A stretch of 64,000 nucleotides of DNA from Acidobacteriota bacterium (GTDB taxonomy: Bacteria; Acidobacteriota; Vicinamibacteria; Vicinamibacterales; SCN-69-37): assembly GCA_005799825.1 (NCBI GenBank), contig SYFT01000088.1, positions 3,448 through 67,447 of the forward strand. Direction: 5' to 3'. Shown piece by piece: positions 46,633 to 55,272 of the stretch. Numbering within the stretch: position 1 is the stretch's first letter; every line of letters starts with the position of its first letter. The position numbers and the translations under genes are program-made. Under the pieces are notes generated by a model, which ran no database searches, was not told the origin of the DNA, and worked only from the letters and a program-made list of their open reading frames with translations.

Positions 46633-47303
46633 GCGTCCGAATCGCCCCCTCAATTCTGGCGGCCGATTTTGCGCGCCTGGGTGAACAGGTGCTGTCGGCG
46701 ATCAGTGGCGGCGCGGGCCTGATTCACATCGACGTCATGGACGGCCACTTCGTCCCGAACATCACCATGGGCCCGCTCGTGGTCGCGGCGGTGAAGCGGG
46801 TCACTGCCCTCCCGCTCGACGTTCACCTAATGATCACCGACCCCGATCGGTATCTCGACGCGTTCGCGCGGGCCGGCGCCACGACCATCACGGTGCATGT
46901 GGAAGCCGCGCCCGATCTGCGGAAGACGCTGACCCGCATACGGGAACTCGGCATACGGGCCGGTGCGGCTATCAATCCCGACACGCCGGTCCACACGCTC
47001 AGCGGGGTGGTGGACGTACTCGATCACGTGATCGTGATGTCCGTGCATCCAGGGTTCGGCGGACAGGCCTTCATCCCGGGCAGTCTGGACAAAATACGCG
47101 CGGTGCGCGACCTTGTCGCCGGCGCTGGACACGGCGTGGATATTGAGGTGGACGGAGGGGTGGACCTGACGAATGCCGCGGTCGTCGCCCAGGCGGGCGC
47201 CTCCATTCTCGTGGCGGGGGTTTCGGTCTTCGGCACGCCCGACCCGGCCATCGCGACCCAGACGCTGCTGAAAGCCGCGCAGGCCGGAGCTGCGTCCGCC
47301 TGA
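46629..47303 (+). CDS. rpe: Ribulose-phosphate 3-epimerase
   Basis: 224 aa. IAPSILAADFARLGE, HIDVMDGHFVPN, MSVHPGFGGQ motifs. Confidence 0.95.
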   Translation: MSVRIAPSILAADFARLGEQVLSAISGGAGLIHIDVMDGHFVPNITMGPLVVAAVKRVTALPLDVHLMITDPDRYLDAFARAGATTITVHVEAAPDLRKTLTRIRELGIRAGAAINPDTPVHTLSGVVDVLDHVIVMSVHPGFGGQAFIPGSLDKIRAVRDLVAGAGHGVDIEVDGGVDLTNAAVVAQAGASILVAGVSVFGTPDPAIATQTLLKAAQAGAASA

Positions 47304-47698
47304 TGCGCACGTCCACGACCACGCTGCGCGTCCGATACGCTGAAACCGATCAAATGGGCGTGGTGTATCACGCGAATTATCTGGTGTGGTTCGAGGTCGC
47401 GCGGACAGACCTGCTGCGACACCTGGGATGGACCTATCGGGAGATGGAACAGTCGGGCGTACGGCTGCCCGTGATCGAGATGCAGTGCACGTACCGCAGT
47501 CCGGCGCGTTACGATGATGAGATTCAGGTGCGCACCACGGGACGGCTGTTATCCGGTGTGCGCGTGGAGTTCACGTACGAAGCGGTGGTGATGCCGGGAG
47601 GCATTTCCTCGGCCGTGGGCGTGACCCGGCATGCGGCGTTAAATGTGGATAGCCGGCCGTGTCGCCTGCCCGATGGTATTCGAGAGGCGTTTTTATGA
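47303..47698 (+). CDS. Acyl-CoA thioesterase, 4HBT/YbgC family
   Basis: 131 aa. VRYAETDQMGVVYHANYLVWFEVAR hot-dog fold signature. Confidence 0.85.
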   Translation: MRTSTTTLRVRYAETDQMGVVYHANYLVWFEVARTDLLRHLGWTYREMEQSGVRLPVIEMQCTYRSPARYDDEIQVRTTGRLLSGVRVEFTYEAVVMPGGISSAVGVTRHAALNVDSRPCRLPDGIREAFL

Positions 47699-48648
47699 AG
47701 GCACTTGTGACCGGCGCCGCCGGGTTTATCGGATCAACACTCGCCGACGCGCTGACCACGCGCGGGGTGGACGTGCTGGGTCTGGACTGTTTCACCGACT
47801 ACTACGCCCGCGACATCAAGGAGCGGAATCTCGCGCCGCTACGCGCGCGGCCGAACTTCCGGTTCGTCGAGGATACGCTGCAGACTGTTCCGCTCGATCC
47901 GCTCCTCGACGGCGTGACCCATGTGTTCCATCTCTCAGCGCAGGCCGGTGTGCGTAAGAGCTGGGGCCGCGATTTTCTGACCTATACCACCAACAATGTG
48001 GACGCCACACAACGCCTGCTGGAGGCCGTGAAAGACCGGCGTCTCGACAAGTTTGTGTACGCGTCGAGTTCATCGGTCTACGGCGACAAGACCACGATTC
48101 CCATGCGCGAGGACGCCATGGTGCAGCCCGTGTCGCCGTACGGCGTCACCAAGCTCGCGGCCGAGCACCTGTGCCTGCTCTACACCGCCAACTATGGGGT
48201 TCCGACGTCATCACTTCGGTTCTTTACCGTGTACGGGCCGAAGCAGCGCCCCGACATGGGATTTCACCGCTTCATTCGTGCCGCGCTCACCGGCCAGCCC
48301 ATCACGCTGTACGGCGACGGTGAGCAGACGCGCGATTTCACGTTTGTGGACGATATTGTGACGGCCCTAATTGCTGCCGGAGCGCGCGGCCTGCCGGGTA
48401 GTGTCTACAACATCGGCGGCGGCAGCCGGATGTCTATCAATCAGGTGCTGTCACTGATCCAGACCATCACCGGGCGCACGCTCGATATCCGGCGCGAGGC
48501 CAGCCAGAAGGGCGACATGCGCGACACGTTCGCCGATACGTCCAGAGCCAAGGCTGAATTGGGTTTTGTGCCGTCTACCACTCTGGAGCGGGGCCTCAAG
48601 GCTGAGGCCGAGTGGCTCTCGGCCCTGCTGGGCACGCCGCTCAGGTAA
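47695..48648 (+). CDS. NAD-dependent nucleotide-sugar epimerase/dehydratase
   Basis: MKALVTGAAGFIGS Rossmann motif and YGVTKLAAE catalytic YxxxK. ATGA overlap with the upstream stop. Confidence 0.85.
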   Translation: MKALVTGAAGFIGSTLADALTTRGVDVLGLDCFTDYYARDIKERNLAPLRARPNFRFVEDTLQTVPLDPLLDGVTHVFHLSAQAGVRKSWGRDFLTYTTNNVDATQRLLEAVKDRRLDKFVYASSSSVYGDKTTIPMREDAMVQPVSPYGVTKLAAEHLCLLYTANYGVPTSSLRFFTVYGPKQRPDMGFHRFIRAALTGQPITLYGDGEQTRDFTFVDDIVTALIAAGARGLPGSVYNIGGGSRMSINQVLSLIQTITGRTLDIRREASQKGDMRDTFADTSRAKAELGFVPSTTLERGLKAEAEWLSALLGTPLR

Positions 48649-48662
48649 GATTAAGCGCCTGC

Positions 48663-49460
48663 ATGTTCATCCGCGCCGCTGTTGCCCGTCTTGTTTTCCC
48701 GTCCGTCGTCCTGCTTCTGGCAGGGGCGGTGTCGTCCCTGGCCTGCGGCACGTCGCAGGCATTGCCCCCGGCCGGCCTGATGTCGGCCGACGAGTGGTTG
48801 TTTGAGCGGGCCACCGAGGCCCTCACCGACCGGAAGTGGTTTGCCTCGCGCGAGTATTTCCGGCGCCTCGTGGACGGGTATCCCCAGAGCCAGCATCGCG
48901 AAGCCGCCAAACTCGGCGTGGGCGATACGTACGTCGGGGAAAACTCGATCGAATCGAACATCCTCGCGATCAATGAATTCCGCGAATTCCTGACGTTTTT
49001 TCCGGTTTCGCCGAGAGCCGACTACGCGCAATACCGTATCGGGCTGGCGTACTCTCGACAGATGTTGTCGCCGCAGCGCGACCAGACGGCCACCAAAGAA
49101 GCCCTTCGCGAGCTCGAAGTCTTCCTTCAGCGGTATCCGGGCAGCAAGTACACGCCTGAGGTGGAAACCCTGGAACGCGTCGCGCGCGACCGACTGTCGC
49201 AGTCGGAGTACGAGATTGGCTACTTCTACGCCCGCTACAACCTCTGCGCCGGCGCTGTGGATCGCTTCCGCGCCGTACTCGTAGCTGACCCCGCGTTCTC
49301 AGGGCGCGATGGCGTCTACTTTCATATGGGCGAATGCCTACTCAAGATGGGCACGCCGGCTGAAGCCCTCCCCTGGTACGAGCGGCTGATGGTGGAGTTC
49401 GAGAAAAGCCTCTTCATCGAGCGCGCAAAGAAGCGCGTGGCCGCGATCAAGGGCAGCTAA
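48663..49460 (+). CDS. bamD: Outer-membrane protein assembly factor BamD-like lipoprotein
   Basis: Lipobox SSLAC and TPR-like repeats with YPQSQHREAA / FPVSPRADYAQYRIGLAY / YPGSKYTPE motifs typical of BamD/YfiO. Start trimmed to the ATG at 48663. Confidence 0.75.
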   Translation: MFIRAAVARLVFPSVVLLLAGAVSSLACGTSQALPPAGLMSADEWLFERATEALTDRKWFASREYFRRLVDGYPQSQHREAAKLGVGDTYVGENSIESNILAINEFREFLTFFPVSPRADYAQYRIGLAYSRQMLSPQRDQTATKEALRELEVFLQRYPGSKYTPEVETLERVARDRLSQSEYEIGYFYARYNLCAGAVDRFRAVLVADPAFSGRDGVYFHMGECLLKMGTPAEALPWYERLMVEFEKSLFIERAKKRVAAIKGS

Positions 49461-50044
49461 GGGCTGCGGGGCGCGCGGGCCGGTGGGAACCGGCGATAGT
49501 AGTCAACGCCAGATACGAGCGCCGCGATCGTGGCCACCCACAGGGCGATCTGGCCCAACACGTAAAACTCGCGCATGTGCCCCTGGCCGAGAATCAGCAC
49601 CAGGATGGCCACCACCTGGGCGACCAGTTTGATTTTTCCCACCCATGAGGCTGGCAGCGACTGGCCGCGCGCGTGCACAATTGTCCGAAGAATCGTGACA
49701 GTGAATTCGCGTCCGAGGATGACGGCCACCATCCACGCCGGCGCCAGCCCCATCTGTACCAGCGAGACCAGCGCGGCGGACACCAGGAGCTTGTCGGCGA
49801 GCGGGTCCATCCACTGACCGAATTCGGTAACCTGGCCGCGACGCCTGGCGATAAAGCCGTCGAGCCAGTCGGTCAACGAGGCGATACCGAAGATCACAGC
49901 GCCAAGAATTTCCTTGCTGACGCCAAAGAACTGCCACGCATCCCACGAGGTCGATCGGTTGGGCGACTGGTCCGCGAGCAGAACCACGACAAGAATCGGC
50001 ACAAGAAAAATCCGGCCAATCGTGAGGGCGTTGGGTAAGTTCAC
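49457..50044 (-). CDS. pgsA: CDP-diacylglycerol-glycerol-3-phosphate 3-phosphatidyltransferase
   Basis: 195 aa. LPNALTIGRI N-terminus and the CDP-alcohol phosphatidyltransferase motif DWLDGFIARR...G..MDPLADK. Confidence 0.9.
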   Translation of the reverse strand: MNLPNALTIGRIFLVPILVVVLLADQSPNRSTSWDAWQFFGVSKEILGAVIFGIASLTDWLDGFIARRRGQVTEFGQWMDPLADKLLVSAALVSLVQMGLAPAWMVAVILGREFTVTILRTIVHARGQSLPASWVGKIKLVAQVVAILVLILGQGHMREFYVLGQIALWVATIAALVSGVDYYRRFPPARAPRSP

Positions 50045-50071
50045 AGGCGACCTTATTTTAGGACATTTCGC

Positions 50072-50098
50072 CCTTTGTCACATTTCGGCCATTTTGCC
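50072..50098 (+). promoter_or_regulatory. AT-rich motif CCTTTGTCACATTTCGGCCATTTTGCC in the pgsA/nucleotidyltransferase divergent region (copy of the 39128-39153 motif)
   Basis: Hand alignment with the minus strand of 39128-39153 (CATTTGTGACATTTCG-CCATTACGCC) gives about 23 of 27 identical positions with one 1-nt gap. Confidence 0.4.
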
Positions 50099-50130
50099 AT
50101 TGCGCGAATCCTATACAGTGGGTGGTTGAT

Positions 50131-51189
50131 ATGAAGGCAATCCTCCTTGCGGGCGGCCAGGGGTCACGCCTGCGGCCCCTCACCCTCAATACCCCCAAAC
50201 CCATCGTCCCCATCTTCGACCGACCGTTTCTCAGGTATCAGATTGAGTTGCTCAAGCAGGTGCCCGAGATCGATGAAATCGTGCTGAGCCTCAACTACCA
50301 GCCGAAGCGGATCGAGGAAGTGTTTGGCGATGGCAGCAGCCTAGGGGTGCAGATTCGTTATGTGGTGGAACCCCAGCCCCTGGGCACAGGCGGCGCCATC
50401 AAGTTTGCGGCTGGCTCGAAGCCCAGTGGCCCCGTGGTGGTGTTTAACGGCGACGTGCTGACCTCGGTAGACCTGCAGGCGGTGCTCGCGCTGCACCGGG
50501 AACGGAATGCGCGCGCCACGATTGTCTTGACGCCGGTGACCAACCCGTCGGCCTACGGGCTGGTCGAGACAGACACCGAGGCCAACATCAAGGCGTTCCT
50601 CGAGAAGCCGTCTGCCGACCAGATCACGTGCGACACCATCAATGCCGGCATCTACGTGATCGAAGGTGAAACGCTCGACAGGATTCCCGACGACACGAAC
50701 TACTCCATCGAGCGCGGCTACTTCCCCTCACTCATCGAGCGTCACGAGACGTTTGTGGCATACACCTATCGCGGCTACTGGATCGACATCGGCACGCGTG
50801 AAAAGTACCAGCAGGTGCATACGGACATCATGACCGGCACTTTCGTGGCGTCGCCGTTTGACAAGGCGCCTGGGACGGCTGTGATCTCGCCGGACGTACG
50901 TATCGAACCGGGCGTCGTCATTGAAGGCCCGTGTTTCATTGATGCCGGTACGGTGATCAAGGAGGGCGCTCATGTCGGCCCGCTCAGTGTCATCGGTGCC
51001 AACTGTCACATCGGCGAAGGCGCCCGGATTTCCGGCAGCATCCTGTGGCCGCATACGTGGGTGGACCGGCATGCCACGCTGGGCCCGCTTGTGGCCGGCC
51101 GGCACTGCCAGTTTGGCCGCAACGTGGACGTCGGCGGGTCCGCCCTGCTCGGCGACAATTCAGTGGTGACGGATTTCTCACGCCTATGA
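50131..51189 (+). CDS. Sugar-1-phosphate nucleotidyltransferase (mannose-1-phosphate guanylyltransferase-like) with C-terminal left-handed beta-helix
   Basis: MKAILLAGGQGSRLRPLTLNTPKP signature and C-terminal hexapeptide repeats. Start trimmed to the ATG at 50131. Confidence 0.85.
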   Translation: MKAILLAGGQGSRLRPLTLNTPKPIVPIFDRPFLRYQIELLKQVPEIDEIVLSLNYQPKRIEEVFGDGSSLGVQIRYVVEPQPLGTGGAIKFAAGSKPSGPVVVFNGDVLTSVDLQAVLALHRERNARATIVLTPVTNPSAYGLVETDTEANIKAFLEKPSADQITCDTINAGIYVIEGETLDRIPDDTNYSIERGYFPSLIERHETFVAYTYRGYWIDIGTREKYQQVHTDIMTGTFVASPFDKAPGTAVISPDVRIEPGVVIEGPCFIDAGTVIKEGAHVGPLSVIGANCHIGEGARISGSILWPHTWVDRHATLGPLVAGRHCQFGRNVDVGGSALLGDNSVVTDFSRL

Positions 51190-52565
51190 CTATTGACCCT
51201 TCCATCTTCAAGGCGTACGACGTGCGTGCGCTCTATCCGTCAGAACTGAACGAGCCGGCGGCGTATCTCATTGGCCGCGCGTATGTGGCCTACCTCGAGT
51301 CGCAGGCCGGCGCCTCGGCTGCGGCGTTACAGATTGCCGTCTGCCGGGACATGCGGCTCGCGTCGCCGTCGCTCACGCAGTCGTTCATCGACGGCGCGCG
51401 CGACCAGGGCGCCGACATTACCGACTTCGGCCTGGCCGCCACCGACATGATGTACTTCGCCGTCGCCAGCAAAGGCTTCGACGGCGGGGTGCAGGTCACC
51501 GCGTCGCACAACCCCAAGCAATACAACGGCATGAAGATGGTCAGGCGGAACGCCGTGCCGCTGTCAGGCGACGCCGGCATCGGCGAGATCAGGGAGATGG
51601 TCGTTGGCGGAACTATTCCCACGGCCGCACGCCCGAAGGGCGGATATAAAACGGACGAGATGCTCGACGCCTACGTGGAGTGCGTCATGGGGTTCATCAA
51701 CCCCGCGGTCATCCGGCCCTTCAACGTGGTGCTCGATGCCGGCAGCGGCATGGCGGGCCTTGTCGCCCCCAGACTCTTTGACCGCCTCCCCTGCCACACG
51801 ACCCGCCTCTGTTTCACGGTAGACGGTACTTTTCCGGATCACGAAGCCAATCCCCTCATCGAGGAAAACCGCCGCGACATTGTCGAACGCGTGATCGCGG
51901 ACAAGGCGGACATCGGCATCGCGTGGGACGGCGACGCCGATCGGTGTTTTTTCATCGACGGTACCGGCGAGTTCATCGCGGGCGATTTTGTGACTGCGCT
52001 TTTGGCCGAAAGCTTCTTGATGAAGACGATGGGCGAGCCCATCGTCTACGACGTGCGCGCGAGCTACGCGGTCAAAGATACCGTGGCGAAGTACGGCGGC
52101 ACGGCGCTGATGAATCGCGTCGGCCATGCGTTCATCAAGGGACGCATGCGCGCCGAAAACGCTGTGTTCGGTGGCGAAGTCACGGGCCACTACTACTTCC
52201 GCGACTACTTCTTCGCCGACAACGGGTTCATCCCGGCGCTGCTCATCCTGGAACTGATGTCACGAAAGGGCCAGACGCTGGCAGAACTTCTGGCGCCCCT
52301 GCGCGCGAAGTACTTCATCTCGGGGGAAATCAACACCAAGGTCGCGAGCATGGACCTGATCGACGGCCGCCTCAAGGCACTGGCCGAGGCCTACGCCGAC
52401 GGTCACACCTACACGGTCGATGGCTTTTCCGCGGAGTTCCCGGACTGGCACTTCAACGTGCGCGCGTCAAACACTGAACCTCTGCTGCGCCTAAATCTCG
52501 AAGGGCTGACGCAGGCGATCATGGAGCAACGGCGCGATGAAGTGCTGCGGATTATTCGCGCGTGA
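51186..52565 (+). CDS. Phosphomannomutase/phosphoglucomutase
   Basis: IFKAYDVRA, VTASHNPKQYNGMK active-site Ser loop, GIAWDGDADR metal loop, GGEVTGHYYF. ATGA overlap with the upstream stop. Confidence 0.9.
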   Translation: MTIDPSIFKAYDVRALYPSELNEPAAYLIGRAYVAYLESQAGASAAALQIAVCRDMRLASPSLTQSFIDGARDQGADITDFGLAATDMMYFAVASKGFDGGVQVTASHNPKQYNGMKMVRRNAVPLSGDAGIGEIREMVVGGTIPTAARPKGGYKTDEMLDAYVECVMGFINPAVIRPFNVVLDAGSGMAGLVAPRLFDRLPCHTTRLCFTVDGTFPDHEANPLIEENRRDIVERVIADKADIGIAWDGDADRCFFIDGTGEFIAGDFVTALLAESFLMKTMGEPIVYDVRASYAVKDTVAKYGGTALMNRVGHAFIKGRMRAENAVFGGEVTGHYYFRDYFFADNGFIPALLILELMSRKGQTLAELLAPLRAKYFISGEINTKVASMDLIDGRLKALAEAYADGHTYTVDGFSAEFPDWHFNVRASNTEPLLRLNLEGLTQAIMEQRRDEVLRIIRA

Positions 52566-52612
52566 TACGCTCCTGAGGCCAGACTGCTGATTGTAAATTA
52601 CCGATTCTGCCC

Positions 52613-52686
52613 GCGGGCTTAGCATAGTGGTAATGTCCTGGCTTCCCAAGCCAGTCAGACGGGTTCGATTCCCGTAGCCCGCTCCA
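52613..52686 (+). tRNA. tRNA-Gly (anticodon CCC)
   Basis: Folded by hand. Acceptor GCGGGCT/AGCCCGC, D-arm GCAT-AGTGGTA-ATGT, anticodon arm CTGGC-TTCCCAA-GCCAG (U33, CCC, A37), T-arm ACGGG-TTCGATT-CCCGT, discriminator T and encoded CCA. 74 nt. Confidence 0.9.
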
Positions 52687-52760
52687 ATTTTCGATCATGA
52701 ATGCACGCGAAGGTTGGCCGCCATAGCCAGGAGCGCAGCGAGCGTTCGGCGATGGCGGGC

Positions 52761-54785
52761 CTAACTGCCGACGCGAATGCCCACCAGACGCGTCTCGGTC
52801 GTGTTCCCCATCGTGACCGTGACCTCGATCGCGTAGTCACCTGGCCCGAGCGGTGCAAGCAGCGCGTCGAGGCCCAGCATCAGACGCCCGTCCACCTCGC
52901 GCTCGGTCAGCGTGATGTTGACCGCGATCGGCTGGCCGTTGCGGCCAAGAAGCCGGGCGTCCCGCTTGTCTAATGGCCCCGTGATCGGCCAGTCCACATG
53001 CACACGTTCAGTACGGCGGAAATCAAAGCCAGCCACCGGCAGAAGCGGTGAGCGCGACGATGGGGTGGCCCGGTAGATGAGCGGGCCGCCGATCACGCTG
53101 CCCGTATCGCGCACCACATCTGTGCGCGCCAGAAACGTCAGCGGCACCGCGCGGAGCATCACGGACACATTGGCCTGGGTGGTCCCCGGCGGCACGTCCA
53201 TGACGACGACCCCGCCGCGTGACGTGGCCAATACTCCGACCTGCCCCTTGGCCAACTCCGCTCCACCGGCGCCAGTCACCGTCACATCAAGCGTCCCTCC
53301 ACGCTGCAACGCCCCACGCTCCAGTTGAGGACCACTCACCTCAGCCACCACCGTCAGCTTCCCCGTCGGTCCGGCGCTCAGCGTAGCATGTACAAAGAGT
53401 TCCGCCGATGGGCGGATGCGCGAGAGCGCATCAAGCGCCGTCTCAACAGGAGACGGGTCTGTGGGCCCCGCAGGCAAGGACGCCGCCGCGGAGCGGGCCG
53501 AGCGCTCGGCTTCGGCAGGCGCTGTGTAGCCGCGACGGGCCTTCACGTCGATACCCGGCTGCTTGACCTTCACTACAATACGGCGTGCCTTGCCATCAAA
53601 CTTGCGGTTCGAGGAGTAGTAACCCAACAGGTAATACGACTTGAGCTGATTGCTGATGCGCAGCAGTCCCGACTTGAGGTCGTTGGTGTTCACCACCGCC
53701 AGCCCGTCGGTGTTCTCCGCCAGCGTCTGCATCGACGAACTTCTGTTGCTGATGTTCTCGCTGTTCTGCCGGAGCATCGAGTCGCCGATGTTTCCCGTGC
53801 CCAGGAGACGCTGCGAGATGGGCACATCAAACGTTGCGAGTCCCGCGGGGTTTACAGGGTAAAACGTCACGTTCGATCGGTTGGCCCTCGCCATGATCTC
53901 GCGGAAGCGCGACTGGAGGTTGATATTGGCGTACCGCACCAGATACTGATCGCACACCGGCGGCCGCTGCCGGCCTGTCAGCCCCATCAATCCGCCATCA
54001 TCGTTAAACAACCGCCACCCCTCGGTAAACAGGATGACGGACGTGCGGCCTTCGCGAATCTGACCGAGGTAAATGACGACGTCTTCGAGATGCTGGAGCG
54101 TTTGCTCTTCGCGCGCTCTGTCGATGATCACGTCTGCCGCGGGACGCATCGTCGAGCCGTCGCGAATCCAGCCCTCGCGTCCCTGGTTATCGGCAGGGAA
54201 ACACTGCTCGATTTCCTGCTCTGCCGGCGTGCGGACAATCGAGTTCCTGGTCCCCCATGCCCAGTGGCGCGTCAGCATGTCTTCAGCCGACACCAGCTTG
54301 CGGGCAAAGGTCATGGTATGTGGCGGCTGGTTCAGCGTGGTGACCGCAAAGAGGTCGTTCCCACCGACCAGCGCATTCAGCATCGTCACGAGCGGTCCGC
54401 GCGTGGCGCGCGCACCTTCGACCGACACATGGGGCACATCGAGATACACGACAAAGGCACGTGTGCGGGCGTCGGCAGCGATCCGCAGCGACTCGCGCAC
54501 CGTATTCGGATCGCGTCTGGCGTTTTCGCCCGGCACCTCGGTGCCCGTGATGAACTCGAAGTTCTCGATGGCCTGCGGCTGCCCGTCTTCTTCCACGGTG
54601 AAGTCCACGGCCGTCAGGCCTTCCACCACCTTGCCGTCGCGCAGCGGATACGCGTCAACGGTCACAAAATGCGCATCTGACCGGAAGACAGGAAGTTGCT
54701 GCGTCGGCTGCTGCGCTTCCATAGGAACAAGCAGTCCCAGCGCCGCAGCAAACAGCACCGGAATCGACAGGCCTTGGCGAAGCAT
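52761..54785 (-). CDS. VWFA-related acidobacterial-type secreted protein (TIGR03436-like)
   Basis: 674 aa. Signal peptide followed by the FRSDAHFVTVDAYPLRDGKVVEGLTAVDFTVEEDGQPQAIENFEF N-terminal module characteristic of this family (from memory). Central VWA-like region. Confidence 0.7.
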   Translation of the reverse strand: MLRQGLSIPVLFAAALGLLVPMEAQQPTQQLPVFRSDAHFVTVDAYPLRDGKVVEGLTAVDFTVEEDGQPQAIENFEFITGTEVPGENARRDPNTVRESLRIAADARTRAFVVYLDVPHVSVEGARATRGPLVTMLNALVGGNDLFAVTTLNQPPHTMTFARKLVSAEDMLTRHWAWGTRNSIVRTPAEQEIEQCFPADNQGREGWIRDGSTMRPAADVIIDRAREEQTLQHLEDVVIYLGQIREGRTSVILFTEGWRLFNDDGGLMGLTGRQRPPVCDQYLVRYANINLQSRFREIMARANRSNVTFYPVNPAGLATFDVPISQRLLGTGNIGDSMLRQNSENISNRSSSMQTLAENTDGLAVVNTNDLKSGLLRISNQLKSYYLLGYYSSNRKFDGKARRIVVKVKQPGIDVKARRGYTAPAEAERSARSAAASLPAGPTDPSPVETALDALSRIRPSAELFVHATLSAGPTGKLTVVAEVSGPQLERGALQRGGTLDVTVTGAGGAELAKGQVGVLATSRGGVVVMDVPPGTTQANVSVMLRAVPLTFLARTDVVRDTGSVIGGPLIYRATPSSRSPLLPVAGFDFRRTERVHVDWPITGPLDKRDARLLGRNGQPIAVNITLTEREVDGRLMLGLDALLAPLGPGDYAIEVTVTMGNTTETRLVGIRVGS

Positions 54786-54794
54786 CGCCTACGG

Positions 54795-55226
54795 CTACCC
54801 AGCAACTGCCAACAGCTCAATTTCGAAAATCAGCGTGGCATTTCCCGGGATCACATTGCCCGAGCCGGATGTGCCGTATCCAAGTTCGGGCGGAATGATC
54901 AGGCGACGCTTGCCGCCCACTTTCATTCCCTCCACACCTTGATCCCACCCCTTGATGACCCCGCCAGAACCGAGCAGGAACTGGAAGCCGAGGCCGCTGA
55001 TGTTGGCGTCGAACTGGGTGCCTTTGTTGCCGGTGGCAGTGGTCGAATACAGCCACCCCGTGTAGTAGACACGCACGGTCTTGCCGGTGGCCGCCGTCGA
55101 GCCGGTTCCGACCGTGATGTCGGTTGAAGAAAACGGAATCCCCAGGCTCGGCGCCAGCGGGTTGTCGTTGCCACAGCCCGATGCGAGCAGTAGGCCGGAG
55201 AGTAGGAGCACATGTGAAACTTTCAT
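54795..55226 (-). CDS. FKBP-type peptidyl-prolyl cis-trans isomerase, lipoprotein
   Basis: 143 aa. Lipobox LLASGC. FKBP core VRVYYTGWL...GTQFD...VIKGWDQGVEGMKVGGKRRLIIPPELGYG. Confidence 0.9.
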   Translation of the reverse strand: MKVSHVLLLSGLLLASGCGNDNPLAPSLGIPFSSTDITVGTGSTAATGKTVRVYYTGWLYSTTATGNKGTQFDANISGLGFQFLLGSGGVIKGWDQGVEGMKVGGKRRLIIPPELGYGTSGSGNVIPGNATLIFEIELLAVAG

Positions 55227-55272
55227 AAGCTGCTACAGTATTACATCCCGCTCTGAGTACAATGCACGGTTC

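Noticed and set aside
49457-49460. Convergent bamD and pgsA share overlapping stop codons (CTAA). TPR and dppC overlap similarly at 37399-37406.
   Set aside because: This is real but unremarkable in a compact genome and has no additional structure. It is mentioned only as context for the lack of terminators.
52613-52760. tRNA-Gly as an integration hotspot, or the start of a genomic island
   Set aside because: No integrase, transposase or phage genes follow. I saw no direct repeat of the tRNA 3' end further downstream. The neighbouring genes (VWFA, FKBP, ABC-F) look chromosomal. A computational repeat search was not possible.
53325-54680. 451-aa plus-strand ORF
   Set aside because: It lies antisense to the VWFA-related gene, which has the family-typical N-terminal module and a signal peptide. 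The shadow translation is Arg/His-rich and has no motifs.
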